Shown in pieces: positions 29,433 to 39,467 of a DNA stretch of 64,000 bases; within the stretch, counting starts at the first letter, position 1, and every line of letters begins with the position of its first letter. The DNA comes from Candidatus Kaiserbacteria bacterium. GTDB lineage: Bacteria; Patescibacteriota; Minisyncoccia; Phycocordibacterales; UBA918. The notes beneath the pieces are model-generated. The model saw nothing but the letters and a program-made list of their open reading frames with translations, did not search any database and was not told where the DNA came from. Made by a program: the position numbers and the translations under genes. Location: positions 89,686 to 153,685 of the forward strand of contig CP064968.1 of the NCBI GenBank assembly GCA_016699245.1, given 5' to 3'.

Positions 29433-30866
29433 ATGAGGGATATAAAATACAGAGATCACGCGGTTGCACCTATGTTATGGTCACGATACGCTACCTATTT
29501 TTTTGTGATGCTCGCTATTCTTCTTATCCCAGTCTTATTAGCATTCAAAGTAGAAGCAGACGTTGCTATTTTTCATTCAGACACGTATCTCGAGCAGGGC
29601 GTTGAGATGACGCATGAGTCAGGAACTGAAAAATATATACAGTATGAACACTTTTGGAGTGATTTTGAAGGAGTTGTTCCCGAAGATGCTCTTGTAAACA
29701 ATATTACACTCCATCTTACGTGGTCACCGGTGACGCGCGTGGTCTCTGATGGGGCAGTGGAAGATTCTCCAAAAGAGGTGACTCCAGAAAGTACTCATGA
29801 AGAGGTGATGAATGAACTACCTACGCCTGAAGAGCAATTAGGGGAATCATTGCATGAGGAACTCCCTGTAGAGCCAGACGTTGCTATTCCTGAAGAAACA
29901 GAACCTTCTTCAGAGGCGGTTATTCCTGTAGACAGTATTGATGAGCCTGAAGAAGTAATTATAGAAGAATCCACCTCTGATTCGCCTCCCGAAGCGAGTG
30001 ATAATTCATCGGAGACTGTGGGATTTGAGGAGGTTTCATGGAATCATTTGTATTCATTAGTTAATGCGCAGATTGAAGAGGAAGTTGCAACAAATACAAT
30101 AGTAATAACTGAAGGAAGTGAACCTGAAGTGATAATTACTGAGTCTATTTCGACCACTTCAGGATTTGTCTCGGAAGATATTTTGATTGAAAATCAGGCT
30201 GAGAAGTTCTTTGAAGTGCGGTATACGATTGATGGGGTGACATGGCAAGAGCTTGGGAATGTTGGATTTGATGATGCACAGGATACAGTATTTGATCTTT
30301 CACCTATAGGTATTGATGCAATACCAAACCTACGCGTTGCTATTCGATACACCGTTCGTGATGGAGAAACGACGAAGATTATTTTTGATTCAATGCGACT
30401 CGAAGTCGGATATGGAGCACCGGTCATAGAGGAAGTCGCTCCGCCCACCCTACAAAATGATAGCGAACCAAATTTTGACGTTGGTGCAATTAAGGCTGAT
30501 GTCCAATCGGAAAATATTCGAGCGGTTGTACTCGAAAGAGGAGGAGTCTTTGAGTTTTGGTACTCCGTCACTGACCCGCAATCAGGTGCAGTTTTTTGGA
30601 ATAAAATTCTTGGAGGAGGGGCTGTTGATGAGAATGCACCGATCGGTATTAAAAAACGGACGATATTTTGGCTTGATCGCAATCAACAAACACTCTTTGG
30701 GTTTGCTGTTGATGAAGAATCAATATTTGCAACTCCATTTCAAGATGACCAGGAAAGTAAAGTCTTTCTCCTTCCATTTACAGATGAAAATGGCAAGCCG
30801 TGGGAAGCACTATTTAATTCCTCAGAGAACGTACTTGAGTTCAGTAAAGTAAAAAGTGAATCATGA
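29433..30866 (+). CDS. membrane-anchored surface protein with E/P/S-rich acidic linker
   Basis: N-terminal TM (FFVMLAILLIPVLLAF), ~120-aa acidic low-complexity region, then a ~250-aa globular region; stop overlaps the start of the giant gene (ATGA). Confidence 0.5.
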   Translation: MRDIKYRDHAVAPMLWSRYATYFFVMLAILLIPVLLAFKVEADVAIFHSDTYLEQGVEMTHESGTEKYIQYEHFWSDFEGVVPEDALVNNITLHLTWSPVTRVVSDGAVEDSPKEVTPESTHEEVMNELPTPEEQLGESLHEELPVEPDVAIPEETEPSSEAVIPVDSIDEPEEVIIEESTSDSPPEASDNSSETVGFEEVSWNHLYSLVNAQIEEEVATNTIVITEGSEPEVIITESISTTSGFVSEDILIENQAEKFFEVRYTIDGVTWQELGNVGFDDAQDTVFDLSPIGIDAIPNLRVAIRYTVRDGETTKIIFDSMRLEVGYGAPVIEEVAPPTLQNDSEPNFDVGAIKADVQSENIRAVVLERGGVFEFWYSVTDPQSGAVFWNKILGGGAVDENAPIGIKKRTIFWLDRNQQTLFGFAVDEESIFATPFQDDQESKVFLLPFTDENGKPWEALFNSSENVLEFSKVKSES

Positions 30867-33800
30867 TGCGAGAGCGGCTCTTTCCATACATACGAGCGTT
30901 GTCGAAAAGACACATACTCATGGTGGGTGTTAGTTTTTTTATTATGGGCGTGTGTATTCTTGGCACACGACACCTTCTCGTTGGTGAAAAAGTTGGGCAG
31001 TTTATAAGGACGAATCGGGCGCTTGCACACTACCAATTCACCCCCACGCATGGCACCATCGTCACCGGCGCATCCACCACCATCACCTCAGCTACCGGAA
31101 ATACTACTGAAGGAGTCAATGTGGGTTCATGGAAGGGAACACTCTCCGACGATAACTATCACTGGGTCGTCGCTGGGGCAGGAGCAAGCGGACTTGATGT
31201 CAACCTCACCATGGGTGGGGTACAGTTAAACGGCGCCAACAAACTCATTGTCCAAACAGAATTTGACCTCGATGCGACCATTCTTGCAACTGAGGTACAG
31301 ATTTGTGACTGGACGTCATCAACTGATGTGGACGATGCCGCAGACAGTGAATGTACGGGTGGCGGGTGGCGTACCCTCAACACAAAAAATGAACTGCAAG
31401 GCCCGCAACGCCTCGTACACAGCACCGGTATCCCATTTCAGTGGCACCTTTATAACGGGTATTGGTCTACCGGCACGACCGGGGGAGCAGCGGTTGATAC
31501 GCCACTCACGAACTTCCTCAACGGTGCCGATCAGATGAAATTCCGATACTTCTCTGCCTCATCGAGCGTGTCCGAAATCGCCATTGACTACCTTCGTGTG
31601 TACGCGGTCGTCGACCCGGTCTATCACGCGGGAGGATTTGTACAGGAATCAGGCGGCACGCCGAGTGGCCACTATGGCAACACCTTTAGCGTCGGCCATT
31701 CCGTGACCGCACAATTCGCGGTGACTACCGGTGATAATATCTACCTCGGTGTCCCCGGTACGGTTGCGACTACATCAAACTTCTACCTCACCTTCAAGAA
31801 CGTGAAGACATACACCGGCATGAATACCATTCTCGTGAACGCCGAGACACTCTGTTCTCTCGCAACGGCTGGTCTCCAGTACCGATTCAAGATTCGCAAT
31901 TTTAATACCAGTATCTGGGAAGATATTTCACAACCACTCGACTGTTCTACCAACGGGTTTTTCAACAACTTTGCCTTAAACAACATCGTCATTGATGACT
32001 ACATCAATGCGTCAAACGAAATATGGGTGGGTGTCTCTGCGCTCTCAAACTCGACGACACAAATTCGCATCGACTCCATCTACCTCATGCTCGGCACTAC
32101 CAACACCGACACGAACAGTTGTGAAATATCATTTGGATCAAACACTGCAGGACGCATTGCCTCAAACCCCTCTGCGCCAGGAGCGGATCGTATCCAAGCA
32201 CTCACCTCAGATGGTACGTATATGTACGCTTCGGGATACGACAGTGCGGGAATCGATAATGAGTGGCGCATAGAGAAGCGCAATCTTTCCGACGGAGACC
32301 TCGTCTCGGCATTTGGTGTTGGTGGCGCAACCTCAACCGATCCCTCAGTTGGTGCCGACCAAATTTTCGCCATCGCCACAACCTCGGGTGCGATATTTGT
32401 TGCGGGGTATGACACAGCAGCGGGCACGGGGCAGTGGCGTATCGAGAAGCGCGATAGTACCGATGGTACGCTCGAAACCGCGTTTGATACGGATGGCATT
32501 ATCACCACAAATCCTTCAGCAAGCCTCGATCACATCAATGCGATTGCCACTGATGCGAGTTACCTCTACGTGGCAGGAGTTGAAAATACTACGAGTGGTA
32601 CGTGGCGCATTCATAAGTATGACATCACCACCGGTGCACTCGTTACCGCATTTGATGGAGATGGTATCGCGACGAGCACGCTTGCTGCCTCGGGCGACGA
32701 ACGACCGCAGGCGCTCAAGGTGGATGGCGACTATCTGTACATCGGGGGATACGACAACCTCTCCGGGAACATCGAGTGGCGTCTCGAGAAGCGCAACAAG
32801 ACCACCGGTGCACTTTGTGCGGGTGGAGGGGAGTGTGCCGCAGGTGCATTTGATACCGATGGTGTGGTGCAGACAAACCCCTCTTCGGGTATTGATGCAA
32901 TACGTGCACTCGCCATTACCGACGCACACGTGTTCCTTGCAGGATACGACTCATCAACCACAAACAACCAGTGGCGCATCGAAAAGCGCGATATCGCGAC
33001 CGGCGCACTCGATACTGCATTCGATACCGATGGTATTATGCAATATAACCCAAGTACCGGTGCTGACTGGATAACCGCACTCGCACTCGATGACACCACA
33101 CTCTACGCGATTGGAAATGTGAGCAACGGTGCGTGGCGTGTTGATGCTCGCGATATCACGACCGGTGCCTCGACGACGTTCTCCGGTAACGGTACGACAC
33201 TCTCTGAAGATGGTGGTGATGACCAGCCACTTGCCGTCGTACAGGAGGGTGGGTATCTCTATGTTGCAGGATACGGCACTGCTCCAGGAGACAACCAATG
33301 GCTCATCGAAAAACTTGCGACGAACACAGGGCTGCGGAGCACCGACAGCTTTGGTGCAAATGATTGCACCGGAACACGAAACATTGATATCACCGGCGGG
33401 AACAGAGATGCATGGACAATCCAGACACAAGATGAATCAACGAATCACAGTACTCCATACTATGCACTCGATACCGACGGTGATGCAGCAATTGAGGAAG
33501 CGGGATCAGCAACCATCGGGTTTTCGGTTGCGGTACCGGGAAACAGTGCTGTCACCGGTATCTACTGGGCAGGACGCGCAATGAACGGTGCAGGAGCGGG
33601 TACGGTGCGCCTTGCCGTGAAGGACTACTCAGGATTCACCGGCCTTACAGGAGGCAGAAGTCTCGTCGGTTCCTCACCAGGAATTGCTATGACATACACT
33701 GATCCCTTGATAGTTGGTGGTATTACCTCAGGAGGTATGGCAGGGTACCTCACAAACCCTGAGGATTATATTGATACCTTAAATAATGAGATGTCACTCA

Positions 33801-34270
33801 GTCTCGTGACCAACTCGGATGGTGCGAGTACCACGAATGCCGTGAACGTATGGGACTTTGCGATGGTGAGTTTTAGTTGGGTGGAGGATCCTGATCATGA
33901 AAGCGCCACGTATCAATTCACCCCCACGCATGGCACCATCGTCACCGGCGCATCCACCACCATCACCTCAGCTACCGGAAATACTACTGAAGGAGTCAAT
34001 GTGGGTTCATGGAAGGGAACACTCTCCGACGATAACTATCACTGGGTCGTCGCTGGGGCAGGAGCAAGCGGACTTGATGTCAACCTCACCATGGGTGGGG
34101 TACAGTTAAACGGCGCCAACAAACTCATTGTCCAAACAGAATTTGACCTCGATGCGACCATTCTTGCAACTGAGGTACAGATTTGTGACTGGACGTCATC
34201 AACTGATGTGGACGATGCCGCAGACAGTGAATGTACGGGTGGCGGGTGGCGTACCCTCAACACAAAATGA
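30863..34270 (+). CDS. giant surface beta-propeller protein, part 1 (N-terminal TM + repeat unit 1 + start of unit 2; truncated by TGA created by an A4 tract)
   Basis: N-terminal TM; ~60-aa repeats of form AGYD...WRIEKRDxxDGTLxTAFDTDGI resembling delta-60-type beta-propeller repeats; terminates at 34268 where copy 2 has A4 instead of A6. Confidence 0.6.
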   Translation: MMRERLFPYIRALSKRHILMVGVSFFIMGVCILGTRHLLVGEKVGQFIRTNRALAHYQFTPTHGTIVTGASTTITSATGNTTEGVNVGSWKGTLSDDNYHWVVAGAGASGLDVNLTMGGVQLNGANKLIVQTEFDLDATILATEVQICDWTSSTDVDDAADSECTGGGWRTLNTKNELQGPQRLVHSTGIPFQWHLYNGYWSTGTTGGAAVDTPLTNFLNGADQMKFRYFSASSSVSEIAIDYLRVYAVVDPVYHAGGFVQESGGTPSGHYGNTFSVGHSVTAQFAVTTGDNIYLGVPGTVATTSNFYLTFKNVKTYTGMNTILVNAETLCSLATAGLQYRFKIRNFNTSIWEDISQPLDCSTNGFFNNFALNNIVIDDYINASNEIWVGVSALSNSTTQIRIDSIYLMLGTTNTDTNSCEISFGSNTAGRIASNPSAPGADRIQALTSDGTYMYASGYDSAGIDNEWRIEKRNLSDGDLVSAFGVGGATSTDPSVGADQIFAIATTSGAIFVAGYDTAAGTGQWRIEKRDSTDGTLETAFDTDGIITTNPSASLDHINAIATDASYLYVAGVENTTSGTWRIHKYDITTGALVTAFDGDGIATSTLAASGDERPQALKVDGDYLYIGGYDNLSGNIEWRLEKRNKTTGALCAGGGECAAGAFDTDGVVQTNPSSGIDAIRALAITDAHVFLAGYDSSTTNNQWRIEKRDIATGALDTAFDTDGIMQYNPSTGADWITALALDDTTLYAIGNVSNGAWRVDARDITTGASTTFSGNGTTLSEDGGDDQPLAVVQEGGYLYVAGYGTAPGDNQWLIEKLATNTGLRSTDSFGANDCTGTRNIDITGGNRDAWTIQTQDESTNHSTPYYALDTDGDAAIEEAGSATIGFSVAVPGNSAVTGIYWAGRAMNGAGAGTVRLAVKDYSGFTGLTGGRSLVGSSPGIAMTYTDPLIVGGITSGGMAGYLTNPEDYIDTLNNEMSLSLVTNSDGASTTNAVNVWDFAMVSFSWVEDPDHESATYQFTPTHGTIVTGASTTITSATGNTTEGVNVGSWKGTLSDDNYHWVVAGAGASGLDVNLTMGGVQLNGANKLIVQTEFDLDATILATEVQICDWTSSTDVDDAADSECTGGGWRTLNTK

Positions 34271-36770
34271 ACTGCAAGGCCCGCAACGCCTCGTACACAG
34301 CACCGGTATCCCATTTCAGTGGCACCTTTATAACGGGTATTGGTCTACCGGCACGACCGGGGGAGCAGCGGTTGATACGCCACTCACGAACTTCCTCAAC
34401 GGTGCCGATCAGATGAAATTCCGATACTTCTCTGCCTCATCGAGCGTGTCCGAAATCGCCATTGACTACCTTCGTGTGTACGCGGTCGTCGACCCGGTCT
34501 ATCACGCGGGAGGATTTGTACAGGAATCAGGCGGCACGCCGAGTGGCCACTATGGCAACACCTTTAGCGTCGGCCATTCCGTGACCGCACAATTCGCGGT
34601 GACTACCGGTGATAATATCTACCTCGGTGTCCCCGGTACGGTTGCGACTACATCAAACTTCTACCTCACCTTCAAGAACGTGAAGACATACACCGGCATG
34701 AATACCATTCTCGTGAACGCCGAGACACTCTGTTCTCTCGCAACGGCTGGTCTCCAGTACCGATTCAAGATTCGCAATTTTAATACCAGTATCTGGGAAG
34801 ATATTTCACAACCACTCGACTGTTCTACCAACGGGTTTTTCAACAACTTTGCCTTAAACAACATCGTCATTGATGACTACATCAATGCGTCAAACGAAAT
34901 ATGGGTGGGTGTCTCTGCGCTCTCAAACTCGACGACACAAATTCGCATCGACTCCATCTACCTCATGCTCGGCACTACCAACACCGACACGAACAGTTGT
35001 GAAATATCATTTGGATCAAACACTGCAGGACGCATTGCCTCAAACCCCTCTGCGCCAGGAGCGGATCGTATCCAAGCACTCACCTCAGATGGTACGTATA
35101 TGTACGCTTCGGGATACGACAGTGCGGGAATCGATAATGAGTGGCGCATAGAGAAGCGCAATCTTTCCGACGGAGACCTCGTCTCGGCATTTGGTGTTGG
35201 TGGCGCAACCTCAACCGATCCCTCAGTTGGTGCCGACCAAATTTTCGCCATCGCCACAACCTCGGGTGCGATATTTGTTGCGGGGTATGACACAGCAGCG
35301 GGCACGGGGCAGTGGCGTATCGAGAAGCGCGATAGTACCGATGGTACGCTCGAAACCGCGTTTGATACGGATGGCATTATCACCACAAATCCTTCAGCAA
35401 GCCTCGATCACATCAATGCGATTGCCACTGATGCGAGTTACCTCTACGTGGCAGGAGTTGAAAATACTACGAGTGGTACGTGGCGCATTCATAAGTATGA
35501 CATCACCACCGGTGCACTCGTTACCGCATTTGATGGAGATGGTATCGCGACGAGCACGCTTGCTGCCTCGGGCGACGAACGACCGCAGGCGCTCAAGGTG
35601 GATGGCGACTATCTGTACATCGGGGGATACGACAACCTCTCCGGGAACATCGAGTGGCGTCTCGAGAAGCGCAACAAGACCACCGGTGCACTTTGTGCGG
35701 GTGGAGGGGAGTGTGCCGCAGGTGCATTTGATACCGATGGAGTGGTGCAGACAAACCCCTCTGCTGGTGTCGATACAATACGCGCACTCGCCATTACCGA
35801 CACACATGTTTTCGTTGCAGGATACGACTCCTCAACCACGAACAACCAGTGGCGCATCGAAAAGCGCGATATCGCGACCGGCGCACTTGAAACTGCATTC
35901 GATACCGATGGTATTATGCAATATAACCCAAGTACCGGTGCTGACTGGATAACCGCACTCGCACTCGATGACACCACACTCTACGCGATTGGAAATGTGA
36001 GCAACGGTGCGTGGCGTGTTGATGCCCGTGACATAACAACAGGTGCCTCGACGACGTTCTCCGGTAACGGTACGACACTCTCTGAAGATGGTGGTGATGA
36101 CCAGCCACTTGCCGTCGTACAGGAGGGTGGGTATCTCTATGTTGCAGGATACGGCACTGCTCCAGGAGACAACCAATGGCTCATCGAAAAACTTGCGACG
36201 AACACAGGGCTGCGGAGCACCGACAGCTTTGGTGCAAATGATTGCACCGGAACACGAAACATTGATATCACCGGCGGGAACAGAGATGCATGGACAATCC
36301 AGACACAAGATGAATCAACGAATCACAGTACTCCATACTATGCACTCGATACCGACGGTGATGCAGCAATTGAGGAAGCGGGATCAGCAACCATCGGGTT
36401 TTCGGTTGCGGTACCGGGAAACAGTGCTGTCACCGGTATCTACTGGGCAGGACGCGCAATGAACGGTGCAGGAGCGGGTACGGTGCGCCTTGCCGTGAAG
36501 GACTACTCAGGATTCACCGGCCTTACAGGAGGCAGAAGTCTCGTCGGTTCCTCACCAGGAATTGCTATGACATACACTGATCCCTTGATAGTTGGTGGTA
36601 TTACCTCAGGAGGTATGGCAGGGTACCTCACAAACCCTGAGGATTATATTGATACCTTAAATAATGAGATGTCACTCAGTCTCGTAACGAACTCGGATGG
36701 TGCAAGTACCACGAATGCCGTGAACGTATGGGACTTTGCGATGGTGAGTTTTAGTTGGGTGGAGCCGGAA
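31023..36770 (+). repeat. 2 x 2,874-bp near-identical tandem duplication inside the giant surface gene
   Basis: Copy 1 31023-33896 and copy 2 33897-36770; the 5' ~1.85 kb is identical apart from the A-tract, with clustered substitutions in the 3' third. Confidence 0.9.
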
Positions 36771-37172
36771 CCCGTGCCAGTCTATTCGATATCAATTACC
36801 AGTGATGGAACAATACAGTATGGGTTTGTAGACCTGAGTGTAGCGAGTTCGACCGTTGGTGGGGATACACAGGCAGCAGAAAATACGGGAAGCCTTAATG
36901 AAAAAATAAATATTCGTTCAAGTAACGCTCTTGGCGGGACGAGCTGGCTTCTTGCATCAGTAATTGGAAGTAATCAGTATACTCATGAATTTTCGACAAC
37001 GACGGGAGTAACGTGGAAAACAATGCCCGATAGCAGTACATACGTGGTTGCAGATCCGTCTGTGACACCAAGTGGTACGGTAGATTTTGATTTTAGACTC
37101 ACGATGCCAAGCGGCACCACTGATTTTGTTGAAAAATCAATTACTATTACAGTCCAGGCCGTCGCCCCATAG
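34266..37172 (+). CDS. giant surface beta-propeller protein, part 2 (remainder of repeat unit 2 + unique C-terminal ~130-aa domain)
   Basis: Frame continuing copy 2 after the A-tract shift (ORF-track 34128..37172; the first ~45 residues of that ORF are out-of-frame read-through). Confidence 0.6.
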   Translation, partial: NELQGPQRLVHSTGIPFQWHLYNGYWSTGTTGGAAVDTPLTNFLNGADQMKFRYFSASSSVSEIAIDYLRVYAVVDPVYHAGGFVQESGGTPSGHYGNTFSVGHSVTAQFAVTTGDNIYLGVPGTVATTSNFYLTFKNVKTYTGMNTILVNAETLCSLATAGLQYRFKIRNFNTSIWEDISQPLDCSTNGFFNNFALNNIVIDDYINASNEIWVGVSALSNSTTQIRIDSIYLMLGTTNTDTNSCEISFGSNTAGRIASNPSAPGADRIQALTSDGTYMYASGYDSAGIDNEWRIEKRNLSDGDLVSAFGVGGATSTDPSVGADQIFAIATTSGAIFVAGYDTAAGTGQWRIEKRDSTDGTLETAFDTDGIITTNPSASLDHINAIATDASYLYVAGVENTTSGTWRIHKYDITTGALVTAFDGDGIATSTLAASGDERPQALKVDGDYLYIGGYDNLSGNIEWRLEKRNKTTGALCAGGGECAAGAFDTDGVVQTNPSAGVDTIRALAITDTHVFVAGYDSSTTNNQWRIEKRDIATGALETAFDTDGIMQYNPSTGADWITALALDDTTLYAIGNVSNGAWRVDARDITTGASTTFSGNGTTLSEDGGDDQPLAVVQEGGYLYVAGYGTAPGDNQWLIEKLATNTGLRSTDSFGANDCTGTRNIDITGGNRDAWTIQTQDESTNHSTPYYALDTDGDAAIEEAGSATIGFSVAVPGNSAVTGIYWAGRAMNGAGAGTVRLAVKDYSGFTGLTGGRSLVGSSPGIAMTYTDPLIVGGITSGGMAGYLTNPEDYIDTLNNEMSLSLVTNSDGASTTNAVNVWDFAMVSFSWVEPEPVPVYSISITSDGTIQYGFVDLSVASSTVGGDTQAAENTGSLNEKINIRSSNALGGTSWLLASVIGSNQYTHEFSTTTGVTWKTMPDSSTYVVADPSVTPSGTVDFDFRLTMPSGTTDFVEKSITITVQAVAP

Positions 37173-37255
37173 TTTTAGAAAGTATAAAAAATGTTGATAA
37201 GCGTGAAGTAATCATGATGTTACTTGATACAATATAATAGAATTAATTAAATACT

Positions 37256-37807
37256 ATGTACCATCTTAATCACCACCAACTTTTTGGAGTAATAGAAAAA
37301 GCACGACACCAACTTTTTTTCATTGTAGTAAGTATGCTTTCGATCGCGATTGTTTTTGGTGGTATGAATGCTTTTGCACAGAGTACTGATACGGTGACTG
37401 CTACCGTGACCGCAACGAATCTTGCAGTCTCTGTTTCTGATGGTACTATCGCCTTTGGCTCAGTGGCGCTCAATACCGCAACAACGACCGTTGGCACCGC
37501 GCAAACACAAACCGTTTCTAATGATGGTTCGGCTGCAGTGCTTAATGTTAAATCGAGCAATGCAACAAATGGTACATTGTGGACTCTCGGCACAAGTCCT
37601 GGTTCGGATATTTTTAAACTCGAAGTATCAACAACGACGGGATCAACATACGGGACGCTTCAGGCTACTGACGTATATCTCACCGCATCATCAACGTTTG
37701 CCTCACTCACAAATCAAAACGTTGATTTCCGCTTCACGACACCAACTGTCTCCACAGACTTCGTCCAAAAGTCACTCACTATTACCGTGCAGGTGACGAC
37801 ACCATAA
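37256..37807 (+). CDS. small secreted protein paralogous to the C-terminal domain of the giant protein
   Basis: TM/signal, then a domain aligning with 36771..37172 (LWTLGTS vs SWLLASV; EVSTTTGSTYG vs EFSTTTGVTWK; DFRFTTP vs DFDFRLTMP; KSLTITVQV vs KSITITVQA). Confidence 0.5.
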   Translation: MYHLNHHQLFGVIEKARHQLFFIVVSMLSIAIVFGGMNAFAQSTDTVTATVTATNLAVSVSDGTIAFGSVALNTATTTVGTAQTQTVSNDGSAAVLNVKSSNATNGTLWTLGTSPGSDIFKLEVSTTTGSTYGTLQATDVYLTASSTFASLTNQNVDFRFTTPTVSTDFVQKSLTITVQVTTP

Positions 37808-37819
37808 TTACCTATTTAG

Positions 37820-38479
37820 ATGAAATATGGTATACCTATCTACATGCGATTAGCCACATACTCAGTTTTAGTAAAAATTCTGTTTGTCTTTGGGATTGTT
37901 TCTGTACTATTTTTACTCTCCTCAGAGGAGATGTTTGCGAAAGTTGGTGTGGGGATGGGTGCAGGTGAGATTCGAGTAACAGAATCCATAAAGCCAGGGG
38001 GGATTTACTCACTTCCCAGCCTTCGTGTGTTTAATACCGGAGATGAAACGACTACGTATGGAATGAATATTGCGTATCATCAGGACAATCCACAACTACG
38101 ACCAGGAAAATCATGGTTTTCTTTTACTCCTGCAACGTTCACGATAGAACCAGGTGAAAGTCAGGAAGTTCAGATATCGATGTCAGTCCCGGTGAAAACT
38201 GATCCGGGAGAATATTTTGCTTTTCTCGAAAGCGGACCAGTTGCGGAGGGTGGCCCAGGAACATCGGTAGGTGTTGCTGTTGCTACAAAACTCTATTTTG
38301 ATGTTGTACATGCAAATCTTTGGAGCGCACTGACGTACAGAGTTTCTACATTTCTCACGATATATGCACCGTGGTCATGGATTGGCTTAGGGCTTCTCGT
38401 GTGTGGTGCCGTTGCTTTTATCTTTGCGCGATTCTTTTCCCTGGACGTTTCCTTACGAAAAAAGAAAACACAAGAGTAA
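37820..38479 (+). CDS. membrane-anchored beta-sandwich surface protein (DUF916/DUF3324-like architecture)
   Basis: N-terminal signal/TM, Ig-like segment (FTIEPGESQEVQISMSVPVKTDPGEYFAFLE), C-terminal TM + basic tail RKKKTQE. Confidence 0.4.
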   Translation: MKYGIPIYMRLATYSVLVKILFVFGIVSVLFLLSSEEMFAKVGVGMGAGEIRVTESIKPGGIYSLPSLRVFNTGDETTTYGMNIAYHQDNPQLRPGKSWFSFTPATFTIEPGESQEVQISMSVPVKTDPGEYFAFLESGPVAEGGPGTSVGVAVATKLYFDVVHANLWSALTYRVSTFLTIYAPWSWIGLGLLVCGAVAFIFARFFSLDVSLRKKKTQE

Positions 38480-38484
38480 TTTTA

Positions 38485-39462
38485 ATGGTCTCAAAATCTT
38501 ACGTTTTTGTTTTTTCTATACTCATCCTGTGCGCTACTGCTTTTCTCAGTTATTTTGTGGTGAGTTATGCAGCAGATATTAATGCAACCATAACAACGGG
38601 CTTATTTACTCCACTCAGCCCTCTCAATCTCGCAGTCTCTATTTCTGACAGAAGTGTCGATCTTTCATGGTCGCCACCAGCATCGAATGGGGGATCGGTA
38701 CTTATTGATTATGTGATTGAATATAAGCTCACAACTGGGGGCGTTTGGGCTGTTTTTGTTGACTCCGTTTCAACAAGTACATCAGTAACAGTAACGGGTC
38801 TTACCAATGATACCTCCTATGATTTTAGGGTTTCTGGAGTGAATGCGATTGGTCAAGGCCCCGCTTCTACACCGGTGAGCGCAACACCGGGTGCTCCCGC
38901 TCAGGTACTCGTCACTGGTATGAGCGATGTAACCATTCCAACTATCAGTACATCGGTGAGAATTACCAACGAAGGTGCGGTTGCATACGAGTACCAGTAC
39001 ACGTGGTGTGTGACGAATTCTGACGTTAATCTGTGTGGAGGAGGGGATGATATTTTTAATTCCACCGCAGCAAAACTTATTCTTCCGGGAGAGAGTTGGG
39101 ATACGAGCCTTAGTTCTACGGTACCAATAATCGGCAACTACTGGTTTCATGTGCAAGTCCTGTTTGGCTCTGATTCTTCGTATGCAAGCCAATCATTTAC
39201 GACACTGAGTGAACCCAGTGGTGGTGGGGGAGGAGGGGGAAGCAGTGGGTCAAAAAGTAAGTCTCGGTCTTGCTCGGGCGGTGACTTTAACCGAGATAAG
39301 ATTGTGAACTTGGTCGACTTTTCAATTTTCCTCATGTCGTATAACAAACCTGCACCATTCCCCAATCCTTGTGTGGATATCAATAGTGACACAAAAGTAA
39401 ACGTGGTTGATTTTTCTATTCTTCTGACACAATGGGGTAAAAAGCCGATTCTCTATAAATAA
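38485..39462 (+). CDS. secreted FN3-domain protein with Gly-rich linker and C-terminal type-I dockerin
   Basis: Signal peptide; FN3 (LSWSPPASNGGSVLIDYVIEY...TSYDFRVSGVNAIG); GGGGGGSSGS linker; two Ca-binding dockerin loops exactly matching D1-x-N3-x-D5-x-x-V8-N9-x-x-D12 (DFNRDKIVNLVD, DINSDTKVNVVD) each followed by FSI(F/L)L helix. Confidence 0.65.
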   Translation: MVSKSYVFVFSILILCATAFLSYFVVSYAADINATITTGLFTPLSPLNLAVSISDRSVDLSWSPPASNGGSVLIDYVIEYKLTTGGVWAVFVDSVSTSTSVTVTGLTNDTSYDFRVSGVNAIGQGPASTPVSATPGAPAQVLVTGMSDVTIPTISTSVRITNEGAVAYEYQYTWCVTNSDVNLCGGGDDIFNSTAAKLILPGESWDTSLSSTVPIIGNYWFHVQVLFGSDSSYASQSFTTLSEPSGGGGGGGSSGSKSKSRSCSGGDFNRDKIVNLVDFSIFLMSYNKPAPFPNPCVDINSDTKVNVVDFSILLTQWGKKPILYK

Positions 39463-39467
39463 ATTGT

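Noticed and set aside
32080-36462. Numerous antisense and alternate-frame ORFs inside the giant surface gene (e.g. 32080..32508-, 32313..33074+, 34958..35386-, 35191..35952+)
   Set aside because: They are duplicated along with the repeat, lie inside a strongly coding frame with clear domain repeats, and have Arg/Ser/Pro-rich nonsense composition typical of off-frame translation.
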